64,000 nt of DNA from the NCBI GenBank assembly GCA_951406725.2, contig OX597829.1, forward strand, positions 31,124,001 to 31,188,000, given 5' to 3'. Shown here piece after piece: positions 52,824 through 64,000 of the stretch. Source of the DNA: Octopus vulgaris (taxonomy: Eukaryota). The translations under genes were made by a program, and so were the position numbers. The notes beneath the pieces were generated by a model. It had not been told where the DNA came from. It searched no databases and saw only the letters and a program-made list of their open reading frames with translations. Position 1 is the stretch's first letter. Each line of letters begins with the position of its first letter.

Positions 52824-53581
52824 CCGAAAATGAAGCAAATGCTTATTGAGTTCTAGCACATGGTTATTAGTACTGGGACTTGAAAACATCAAAAGGAATT
52901 GAAAACATAAAAAAAACAGATAAGTAAAATGATTGACTTACTGTTATATATCAGTAAAACAAAAAGAAAGAAATATTGTTTAGATTATCTATATAAAATA
53001 ATTACAGCATAGAAAACACATATTGGTTTCAAATTTTGGCACAAGGCCAGCAATTTTGGGAAGGGTTTAAATTGATTATATCAACCCTTGTACCCAACTG
53101 GTTCTTTTATCAATCCCAAAAAAAGGACGAAAGTTAAAGTTGACTTCAGCGAAAATTGATTCAGAGCATAGAGATGATAAAATAGCACTAACCATTTTGC
53201 CTGTCACTGCTTACAATTCTGCCAGCTTGCTGCCTTTGTGGAAGACATATTAGCTTTTGAAAAATACACAAAAGCGTTTATTATTTGGTATTAAAATACA
53301 CAAAGCGTTTATTATTTGGTATTAAAATTTTCATCAGACCAATGCTGTTGTAGAAGGACCATGTCATTGACCAGGTGTGACAAAAATTTTGACACCAAAT
53401 AATAAATTCTTGTACTATTGTACTTGTTTCGGTCATTTTGACTGTGGACATGCCGGAGCACTGTCTTGAAGGGGCTTAGTCAAACAAGTCAACCCCAGGA
53501 CTTCCCAAGTTAGCTCACCGCAGATGTGGATTGAAATGGGCAAATTGTGTAACCTTTGACACCAATAAATTGTTATTGTTC

Positions 53582-53633
<52 letters not shown>

Positions 53634-54609
53634 TAGAGTGAAAAAGAGAGAGAGAGAGTGTGTGTGCTTGTATCTCTGCTTAAAATTTGATATTGTATGA
53701 TAGTTGTAAAAAGACATCATCATCAAGCAGATTGTGGACTTAGTTTGTAATTTTTCTTGGAAACACGTCTGCAAAATGTACATAAAGAACAAAGTGATTT
53801 AAATATTTCATGTGTTGTTTTCTATTCTTTCTATGATAAATCTGCTCAGTATATATTACAGCCTTACACTACATGTAGTGAGCAAGTCCATATGTAAACA
53901 GAATACAGTTTAAAGACATAGTGTGTTATAATATATTGACATCTAAATCATTAGTAATATGTTGTGCTTTGAACACCATAACAACTAAAGTATTTATATG
54001 TGTGTATGTATGTGTGCGAGCATGCTTGTATGTCTGTACACATGTGTGTGTGCATGTGTGTGCATATGTGTGTGTGTGTGTGTGCGAAATCATCATTTAA
54101 CATCCACTTTTCCATGCTTACAAGAGTCAAATGGGATGCACTTCCTGTCACCAACACTCACTTGCTTCCAGTCAAGTTGGTATTTCCCCTTGACATATTT
54201 CTTTTCAACAGAAGGCTGGAAATAAACAATATTACTTATATGATTATGATGCTTGTTTACAACCATCTCATGATGTCAGGGGAAAGGTATACACATACAC
54301 CAGTACACATGCATACACACACATGCAGGCACACACACACACATACACACACAAACACACACATATATACATACACACACATACATATATATATAAATAA
54401 ATATATATATATATGTATTCTACAAAATTAGAGAATGGAGAAACATACTTAAATCAATAAAACATCAACTATCCGATGATACCCAATCAATACTTTAATA
54501 CACCATTACATATGAGTAAAGGCATTATACAAAATAAAATATACAGTAATAGTAAAAAGATAAAGAGATATAAGTAAAAAATTTCAAATATAATATGTAA
54601 TTAAATCAA

Positions 54610-54721
54610 AACTGACAGCTGTTTCGGCAGTGAGGGCAGTCATACCTCATTTAACCTATAAGCCATAAAGGCAGGTATAAATGAGGCATTAACAAGGATG
54701 CCCCACAGCCTCTTCAGAGAA
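54610..54721 (-). ncRNA. Type-I hammerhead ribozyme with ~85-nt stem II
   Basis: ct-CTGAAGA-ggc.gtg.gggca..gcctcattta..taaatgaggt..tgccc.cac.gcc-GAAAC-agct-GTC-ag; intact core, weak stem I. Confidence 0.7.
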
Positions 54722-55056
54722 TTAAATAAAATTTGTTATAATTGTGAAAAATATTATATAACCATATACATATAAATATAAAAATATAAAAATGTAAAAT
54801 ATAAAAACTTATACATCATAATGCTACACTTATATAATATAATACTCATTGGTACAATAAAGGAAGGTAAACAGAACAAAATAAAACAAAATATATATCA
54901 GTGTATATATTAATATTAATATTAGTCTTGTTGGGTACCTATCTGGCAGTATATTGGATATATATTATCCCATGGTGGGTTGAATTTTCAACCCCTATCT
55001 CATTTTATAACCTATATATATGTATATATATTCTCTCCTTGTTTTTTTCTGCGTCC

Positions 55057-55092
55057 CTTTCTGTAGAAGTGTGTAGGCTTGAAACGTAAAAG
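55057..55092 (+). ncRNA. Degenerate minimal hammerhead in a TA-flanked element
   Basis: cttt-CTGTAGA-agtgtgtaggctt-GAAAC-GTA-aaag; A6 mutated; relatives at 25277-25308(-) and 56324-56356(-). Confidence 0.5.
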
Positions 55093-55181
55093 ACTTTTTC
55101 TATTCCTGAGCATTATACTAATACATCTGTTTGTTTTGTACACCACCTGTCTTCGTCTTTTGTTTTTTTCATAAACTCTCC

Positions 55182-55223
<42 letters not shown>

Positions 55224-55641
55224 TGTTATTGGCATCCTTTTGTCTCGGGAGACAATGGAGTTGCGCATAAACTAATCCAGTCTGGTTTTTACATTTCATG
55301 TCTTCTCCAGTTTCCACTCCAGTTTTGCGCAGGCCTGGGCTAGATGTAAGAAAATCCTGGGTAGCCCAATCGTCAGGGTTCCTATTTTGACCTTGCTGAC
55401 ATAGTCCAAAGGAGTGTAGAGCATTATGTTTGGCACCAACTTGGTTGCAGGAGCTACTGGAAGAGTGTCGAGTTGAACACTAAACCGCCTGCTCCAGATT
55501 TCTTTGAAGGTTGTCTCCTTTCCGTAACCCTAGATAGGGGCCCATACCAGGTACTGTCAGCCAGAGCCAGCTGAGCCCAGGACTCATGTCAGACAGGGTT
55601 GTCACTCACTGAAGTAGTGAAGGAAATTGCTACCCACTACC

Positions 55642-55678
<37 letters not shown>

Positions 55679-56709
55679 GCATATACAATAGGCTTCTTTC
55701 AGTTTTCATCTAGCAAATCCTCTTACAAAGCTTTAGTCAGCCCAGAGCTTTATTAGAAGCTATCCATGCAAGTGGGGAAAGTGAGAGAGAAAGGAGAGAG
55801 AAACAAAGAGGGAGAATCATCATCATCATCATCATCATCATCGTTTAACGTCCGTTTTCTGTGCTAGCACGGGTTGGACAGTTTGACCGGGGTCTAGGAC
55901 GCCAGGAGGCTGCACCAGGCTCCAGTCTTATCTGGCAGTGTTTCTACAGGTGGATGCCCTTCCTAACGCCAACCACTCTGTGAGCGTAGTGGGTGCTTTT
56001 TTTGTGCCGCCGGCACAGGTGCCAGGGGGGCTGGCAGTGGCCACAATCGGTTGGTGCTTTTTACGTGCCACCGGCACAGAAGCCAGTCATGGTGATGCTG
56101 CAATCAGCCACGTTCAGATGGTGCTTTTTACGTGCTGACAGGAAGCAACAGAAAGTAACAACCACACTCTTACCTGCGCGTAGAGCGGGTCACCCTCAGC
56201 TAGTATATATATATAGTCAATTCAAAGAACAGAAAAAGCAAAACCAAAAAAATAAAAAAAAATGTTAGGACATAGCACAAGCAATGTATTAATATGACAC
56301 TCAGTGAAAGAAAAGAGTTGTTGGTTTATGTTTCGAGCACAGCTCTTCATTGGAAAGTCCAAAGAGAATGAAAGAAGAAGAAGGAAAAATCACCAACAAT
56401 CCACGTGGGTTTACATTTCACATATATATATATCTATATGTACATATATATATATCTATATGTACATATATGTATATGTGTGTGTGTGGGTTGGGGTGTC
56501 TTTGTGTCTGTGCTCCACCACCATTTGGAAACCAGTGTTGATGTGTTTATGTCCTGCTAACTTATTATTTCAGCAAAAGAGACTGATGCGATAAGTACAA
56601 GACTTTAAACACGTAAGTCCTAGAGTTGGTTTGTTTGACTAAAATCCTTCAAGGCAGTGCCCCAGCATGGCCACAGTCTAATGACTGAATCAAGATAAAA
56701 GATAAAAGA

Positions 56710-56756
<47 letters not shown>

Positions 56757-57460
56757 TATATACACACACATAAAACATGTCTGAAACAGCTGTAGTGAAC
56801 CTCAACCATTTGCTTTCTTTCTGTATGTAAACACAACACCTGGAATCTACCTTACATTGGATTTGATCTGGAACTTACAGTGGAGTGTGAAACTGAATGT
56901 AGGCATGCATGTGTATAATTTCATATACATGTATGTATACCTATATGAATGCGAATGTTGATTTATTCAAGTGCATGTATATATAAGTGATAGGACATGG
57001 CCATATATACATTGATATATATGCATGAGTGTCCTTATATGATATATACTCTGACTTGGTGTCCTGACTATTCCTACAGTGGATTATATATATATATACA
57101 CACAGACATGTGTGTATGTATGTATGTATGTATGTATGTATAGAATAATTTCATTTAGTTGTTAACCCTAAAGTTTACCTTATTAAGCTTCTCCATGGAT
57201 CCAGGCTATCAGACAAATGATAATCAGGAGATTGTTTGTTATATCATGCACATGTCTGAAAATCAACAGACATAGGTGTAGCTATGTGGTAAGCAACCAT
57301 GTGGTTGTTTCCCAACCACATGGTCTTGGATTCATTCCCACTGTTTAGCACCTTTGGTAAATGTCTTCTACTATTACTCTGAGCCAACCAAAGCCTTGTG
57401 AGTGTATTTGGTAGATGGAAACTGAGAGAATCCCATCAAATAGGTATGTATTCCTCTGTG

Positions 57461-57566
<106 letters not shown>

Positions 57567-58036
57567 GCTGTCTCTTTGCCTTAATTTCATGTGATAGTTG
57601 TGAACAAATGTCTCCTTCATTCAAGCAGAGTCCCAATCTTCCATGAAAACATATCTGACCATAGGGAAATATTTCCTTGCTTGGGAACAGGTGAGGTTTG
57701 GTGACAAGAAGGGTATCCAGTCATAGAAAATCTGCCTTAACAAATTCCATTTGATCCAAAGAATCATGAAAAAGTTCATGTTAATGTGATGATGATAATG
57801 ATGACAATGATGATGGTTATGATATCTGTATATTGCATTGGTGTGTCTTTCTATATTTTGTTTTATATGTCTAAAAGCCTATATTATGCATTGCTTTGTC
57901 AATACAGTTAAGCATTAAAATCTAACACAATCAAGCTCTCATTTTCTATTGTCTGTCACACTATTCTAATATTTTGCATCTTTTTAAATATAAACTGTTT
58001 TAAAGAGGGAAGCTTTTTGAAGTATTCACATGACAT

Positions 58037-58199
58037 AGGCGCAGGAGTGGCTGTATGGTAAGTAGCTTGCTTACCAACCACATGGTTCCGGGTTCAGTCC
58101 CACTGTGTGGCACCTTGGAAAAATGTCTTCTATCATAACCTTGGGCCAACCAAAGCTTTATGAATGGATTTGGCAGACGGAAACTGAAAGAAGCCCTTC

Positions 58200-58230
<31 letters not shown>

Positions 58231-59670
58231 ACAAATTAATAAATAAAACATATGCATATATACATACATATATGTACATACCTACATCTACATGTATATA
58301 TACATGCACATATGGGTACAGGACACCAAAAAAACGTCGAACACAATGTGAAACGAAAACATAAACACAAAACCAAGGAAATGGACCTTTTTCTTAAACA
58401 GTGAAAAAATAGAGTACAGGACATACAATACACGGAAAATTCCCCTTCTTCAGTCGCCTCTGTTTCATCTACTCCGCGTTTCGAAGGTCAAGGTGAGACA
58501 TGACTTTGGTGAAACATTCCTTCCCGCAAAAAGCAAATTAAATAAAATTTGAGATTTTTTTGCGGAGGGGTAAAAAAGGTAACAAAAACAGGACAGTAAC
58601 GACAGTACAAATTATAAACAGTAAAAGACAGGACAAGGAGAATAACAGTAACACAGACATTGAGGGCTGTTAAGCCAAACGAGAGAAAATATTACAAACA
58701 CTTGTTGAGAATGGCAGAGAGAGAGAGAGACACAGAAAAGCCGTCTACACTCGAGGGAAACAAGGTCAGAAAGACAGTAGTTTTCTCGTTGCTGGTCAAC
58801 GACGGGACAGAGGAGGAGTAAGAGAGGGGGGGAATGGTTGTAGAGAAAACCAGAAAGAATGAAGAATGAGAGAGAGAGAGAGGGAGAGACAGTAAGGTAG
58901 AAGAAAAGGAAACCAGAAAGAATGAAGGCTGAGAAAGGGAGGGGGGCAGAAAGGTTAAGAGTGCGCATCATTATTAATATTAAGAACAAATTTACTTAGA
59001 AATGGATGCATGCATTCCGTCATATAACAAATTAATAAATAAAACATATGCATATATACATACATATATGTACGTACCTACATCTACATGTATTTATACA
59101 TGCATATATGGGTATTGGACACCAAAAAAAATGTTGAACACAATGAGAAATGAAAACATAAACACGAAACTAAGGAAATGGACATTTTTCTTAAACAACG
59201 AAAAAATAGAGTACAGGACATATATATATATATATATACACATGTATATAAATTAGAGAAGAACTACCATGAAGCACTTCAACAATGATATACTTAAATC
59301 ATACCATATAGAAAAAAATTAAAGATATGATTAAGCATTTACCTAAAACTAAATAAAGTACTAAATAATAAATAGTATTTAATTAGTGTGTATGTGTATA
59401 TATATATATATATATATAAATATATATATATATACACATATATATATGTATGTGTGTGTATATGTTTGTCTGTCTGTGTTTGTCCCCTCAATATCGCTTG
59501 ACAACCAATGCTGGTATGTTTACGTCCCCATCACTTAGCGGCTCGACAAGAGAGACCAATAGAATAAGTACTAGGCTTACAAAGAATAAGTCCTGGAGTC
59601 AATTTGCTTGACTAAAGGCGGTGCTCCAGCATGGCCACAGTCAAATAATGACTGAAACAAATAAAAGAAA
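58037..59670 (+). mobile_element. Major SINE split by ~1.2 kb of nested insertions in its (TA)n
   Basis: SINE 5' half 58037-58200, 3' half 59455-59670. Confidence 0.85.
58226..59220 (-). mobile_element. Non-coding element with ~200-bp terminal direct repeats (pseudo-LTR-like)
   Basis: 58226-58425 repeated at 59021-59220; flanked by (TA)n; no ORF of note. Confidence 0.7.
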
Positions 59671-61310
59671 AAAAGAATGACTGCTATTCAGTCCAATCAT
59701 TCCAAATGGCTTGATAGTTTTGTTTTTTTTTGTTTTGCTTTTTATTAGCTGAATCTTGCTCTGATGATAACGTGTGGCTTTCACTTTTACTGCTGGGTAT
59801 CCCAGGTATTTTCCCATTCTACATTGAATTCAACTCAATTACACTTTTGTTTCCTCAATTTGTGAACACTCTCCCTTCTTCCTTCCTAGTTCTCAAACAA
59901 CAATTCTTTCAAACCACATCCTCCTCCTTACCCCATCTTCACTTCTCATAAAGTCCTTCTTTGAGCAATTGTTGAATGAAGACTTAGTACTGCTTGCTAT
60001 ATGTATGTTTCATTTTCTAATAGGAATCACAAAATTGTACATGTTGGATATGCATGTAAGAAATTTCCTATTAGGAATTGTTCAGAAAGAGAATCAAATA
60101 ATACATGCATGTATGCAAGCATGGATAGATAGATAAATGCATGCATGCATGAATACATACATACATACATACGTGCATACATACCTATATATAAAATTAT
60201 ACACACATGTGTTTGTGTGTATATAATATATAATACAATAGGCTTCTTTCAGTTTCTTTTTTCCAAATTCACTCATAAGGTTTTGTTTGCCCTGGAGCTC
60301 TAGTACATGACACTTGCCCAAGGGGCTATTCAGAGGGACGGATTCTGAAACCAGATTGAAACACTAACTTCTTAATCATACAGCCATGCTGGCTCATGTG
60401 TTCCAATTCTACCATATGGTGGAACCCTTCAATTTTTAAGAATAATGTTGACAGTATTCAACCGACATGACAGGCAGATTTCTCAAGAAATACCTGTATA
60501 TTTGAAATGCTAATCCATTCTCAATCATATCGTTCCATGTAGTTTCTCATAACTCCATTAAAGAATTGGTGAAATTCTGAAAGATAGTGGTTCACTGCTT
60601 GATGTTGATGTTCAAGAACTGGCAATTAATTGCATGTAGGCTACACTTCAAAATATATACATATAACTAATTAAACAACTGCTGACCCATCAAGAACTTA
60701 TAAGAGATATTCTCCTTTTGTATCAACATCATACTTCTCAAACACCCAGTAATGTACAACCATGCAACCAGCATGATTCTTTTCTCACACTATTCATATT
60801 TAGCATTTACTTTTATTTTCAGCATTTATTCATTTTATCTTGTATGATATATAATTTAATACAGGTAACATGATGCTATCGTTTTCCCCAGAAGCTTTCA
60901 GTTTTGCAATTGTCATTTGCTGAAGATTTTTATATAAATATTGAAACAATAGTTTAATAAATATTGAAAATAAAAGTCAACATTAAAAGTAAATAAATGG
61001 AAGGGTGTTTTATTTCTTAAGTAAATACATATTTTATGAGAGATTAACGTGGATTAACTTGCTCAGAGAATGTTTTACAATGCACACAGCAAAAACAATT
61101 CTATATTTGCAAAAGAAATCTTACAGAAAATTTGTTGAAATACATTTTGTGGACATTACATGAATAACCAAGAAAATTCATCAAATAGAAATAGATAAGT
61201 ATTTCAATGTACAAATGCAACATGACAAAATCAACATGTACAGGATCATTCTTTGAAGGCTCTCAAACGATATCAACAGAAAACAAAACTGAAATGTGGT
61301 TTTCTTTTAT

Positions 61311-61720
61311 AGGCGCAGGAGTGGCTGTGTGGTAAGTAGCTTGCTAACCAGCCACATGGTTCGCAGTTCAGTCCCATTGCGTGGCACCTTGGGCAAGTGT
61401 CTTCTGCTATAGCCCCGGGTTGACCAATGCCTTGTGAGTGGATTTGGTAGACGGAAACTGAAAGAAGCCAGTCGTATATGTGTATATATATGTGTATGTA
61501 TGTAAGTGTATGTGTTTGTGTGTCTGTGTTTGTCCCCCTAGCATTGCTTGACAACCGATGCTGGCGTGTTTATGTCCCCGTCACTTAGCAGTTTGGCAAA
61601 AGAGACTGATAGAATAAGTACTGGGCTTACAAAGAATAAGTCCCGGGGTCGATTTGCTCGACTAAAGGCGGTGCTCCAGCATGGCCGCAGTCAAATGACT
61701 GAAACATGTAAAAGAGAAAT
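61311..61720 (+). mobile_element. Major CORE-type SINE, full length
   Basis: Matches the 10315-10700 copy closely. Confidence 0.9.
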
Positions 61721-61799
61721 TTCTTTTTTTTTCATAGGTTAATTCTAGTATACAAGTGGACAATTGACAGATGTCAATATAAAAACTACTATTCAATGG

Positions 61800-62190
61800 T
61801 GTTAATAAGACAAAATAGGAGAGTGTCTTAACTTGCTTCATGAATTCAGAATCATGTTGTTAACATGGTGGATCTTTTCTTTCTACAAAGTTGGAGTCCT
61901 TGGCTCATCATTGAAATGTATCTTTCTTATGTCTTTTCTATAAGTATTTCTATATTTCTTCATGGTTATTGTTCTGATGAACTTTCTGTCAAAACTGTTA
62001 AATGTGTAACCTGCTTCTCTTCTTAGGCACATCATTTCTCAGTTGAACTTCATGTTAGTCATAAGTCCTTCTATTACAATAGTCTCTGTTCTTGAATTGC
62101 CGCTCTCTGGAACTCAAAGCCATCTTCTTGTTTTCCTCCTGTCTATGATATTCTGTCCTTTAAACTTTCTATTAATCAACAACTTATGAC
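61800..62190 (+). mobile_element. CR1/Jockey-group LINE 3' end, decayed
   Basis: GYCSDEL...AHHFSV...IAALWNSKPSSCFPPVYDILSFKLSINQQL resembles the conserved LWNxLP..FP...FK terminus. Confidence 0.65.
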
Positions 62191-62283
62191 TTTACAGTTC
62201 TATATTTAAGAGATGAGGAATTATGTACATTATTTACATTATTTACGTTCGATGGATATTTGTCCTCATCTTGTTTGTTGTTA

Positions 62284-62327
62284 ACACAATGTTTTGGCTG
62301 ATATACTCTCAAGCCTTCTTCAGGTGT
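62284..62327 (-). ncRNA. Degenerate minimal hammerhead
   Basis: acac-CTGAAGA-a-ggct..agcc-AAAAC-ATT-gtgt; both deviations from cGAAAcGTT are CpG-type transitions. Confidence 0.55.
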
Positions 62328-63094
62328 CTTGAGGAAATTTCGAACCTGGGTTCTCATTCCTAAGGTATTTTTCGATGTTATTATTATTATTGTTATTGTT
62401 CAGGTCACTGCTTGGAATCAAACTCAGAATCTTGGGGTTAGTATCCTGCACCCTTAACCACTACACCATATGCCCTTGGGCATATGAATTTGTAGGCACC
62501 TTCCTTTCCTTTCCTTTTTTGTAGTCTCTTTTGCTACAGTGACCCCCAAGCCTTGTTTAGGACAAAATCAATAAAAAAAATAATGCATGGAAGGATACTA
62601 GCTGCTCTTGGTAAATGATTAATGTTCATCAACCAACTGAAGGAGGAGAATATGTGGTAGAAATTGAAGAATCTCTAATATTGCAAAAAAGGAGAAAAAA
62701 ATGTTCTTATATAGTTGCTCAGTACTGAGTATTCGTGATACTTCATACAAGCCCAAAACTAGGTTATTTCCTGCAAGTTCCTAATCAGTTTGTGAATAAA
62801 TATATAATGCAGGCTTTATTTCATTCATATATTCATGCTATATTTAAGGTTTTATTGTTTTTATGTGGGAGCAATATTAATCATTGTTATAATGGAATCC
62901 GAGATATTCAGAATATTAAGGGAATTAATAATAATTTACTATTGACTAGAATTTAAAAAATTTTTTATGAAGCAGGTGTTTTGCCACATTATTGAACAAA
63001 AGCTTCTAACATAGAATTATAACAAAATTTATTTACATGAAAGAAAGTTACCAGAGAACTTTCTTCTAATTCTTCCAAATCTTTCTGCTCCTTC

Positions 63095-63470
63095 CTACAT
63101 CCTGAATGCTGTAGCGAAAGGGAGGGTCACTGCTTATATAACTGAACGAAACAAAATTCTTAAGTACTGGGACTTGTCAGTGAATCATTTCTTCCAGCCT
63201 GTGGCAGTTGAAAAGTTTAGAGGGATTAAGTCACTAGCCACAAAGTTCTTGTCATCATTGGCAGCTCACATCACCGATCTGTCAGGTGATGTCCATGAGG
63301 GTGCTAGGCTGTTTGAATGCCTTAGCCTCACCGTCACCCATGGTAATGCTGTGAGTGTGCTGGCTAGCTTCAGTAGGTTCCGTTGAACTTTGTGGTGTAT
63401 GTGACCAGTTGAAGCATTTGGTACTGCATTGCAGGTGATTTTTTGTTTTTTTCCTTTTTCTTCCCCACAA
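63095..63470 (+). mobile_element. CRE-like non-LTR element 3' end (restriction-like endonuclease C-terminus)
   Basis: ERNKILKYWDLSVNHFFQPVAVEKFRG...LFECLSLTVTHGNAVSVL matches the K..KY..F.P.AvE..G...lS.av.rGNA pattern. Confidence 0.75.
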
Positions 63471-63629
63471 ATGGTTTCAAAGCAGTTTTAGCAGAAAGAT
63501 TTGGAAGAATTAAAAGAAAGTTTTCCAATAATTTTCTTTCATGTAAATAAATGTTTTATGTTAATTGATTAGAATTATTTAGAACAACACCCTGAAATTT
63601 TCAGTGCATTGTTGCAGGTAGTCATATCT

Positions 63630-63849
63630 CTCTTTTACTCTTTTACTTGTTTCAGTCGTTTGGCTGTGGCCATGCTGGAGCACCGCCTTTAGTCGAGCAA
63701 ATCGAGCCCAGGACTTATTCTTTATGAGTAGTACTTATTCTATCGGTCTCTTTTGCCGAACCACTAAGTTACAGGGACGTAAACACACCAGCATCGGTTG
63801 TCAAGTGATGTTGGAGGGGACAAACACAGACACACAAACATATACACAC

Positions 63850-63892
<43 letters not shown>

Positions 63893-64000
63893 TACAATGG
63901 GCTTCTTTCAGTTTCCATCTACCAAATCCACTCACAAGGTTTTGGTCAGCCTGAGGCTATAGTAGAAAACACTTGCCCAAGGTGCCACGCAGTGGGACTG
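63630..64000 (-). mobile_element. Major CORE-type SINE (runs off window end)
   Basis: Reverse complement of the 8021-8411 family. Confidence 0.9.

Overview
AT-rich, repeat-saturated eukaryotic DNA. The SINE and microsatellite repertoire is what I recognise as typical of octopus (coleoid cephalopod) genomes; this is inference from pattern. No complete protein-coding gene can be assembled, and almost all ORF-track entries are microsatellite or transposon translations. Mobile elements: many tRNA-derived SINEs of several families, decayed LINEs from several clades (RTE, R4/Dong, HERO/R2-like, Tx1/L1, CRE-like, CR1/Jockey-like), three Tc1/mariner relics and hAT MITEs. Possible host-gene signal: two CpG-rich promoter-like islands (~16.1-17.1 kb, ~41.5 kb), a few candidate exons and an old local duplication. 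The most striking unexplained signal is at least 12 type-I hammerhead-ribozyme motifs from several unrelated sequence families. They sit in short AT-rich elements that are often long fold-back palindromes and are mostly embedded in (TA)n tracts, the architecture expected of non-autonomous Penelope-like/retrozyme-like retroelements. They include intact cores, a U3-A8/U3-G8 compensatory core variant, versions with a greatly elongated stem II, and copies inactivated by CpG-type decay. Coordinates were counted by eye, and element boundaries are approximate unless a TIR/TSD is quoted.
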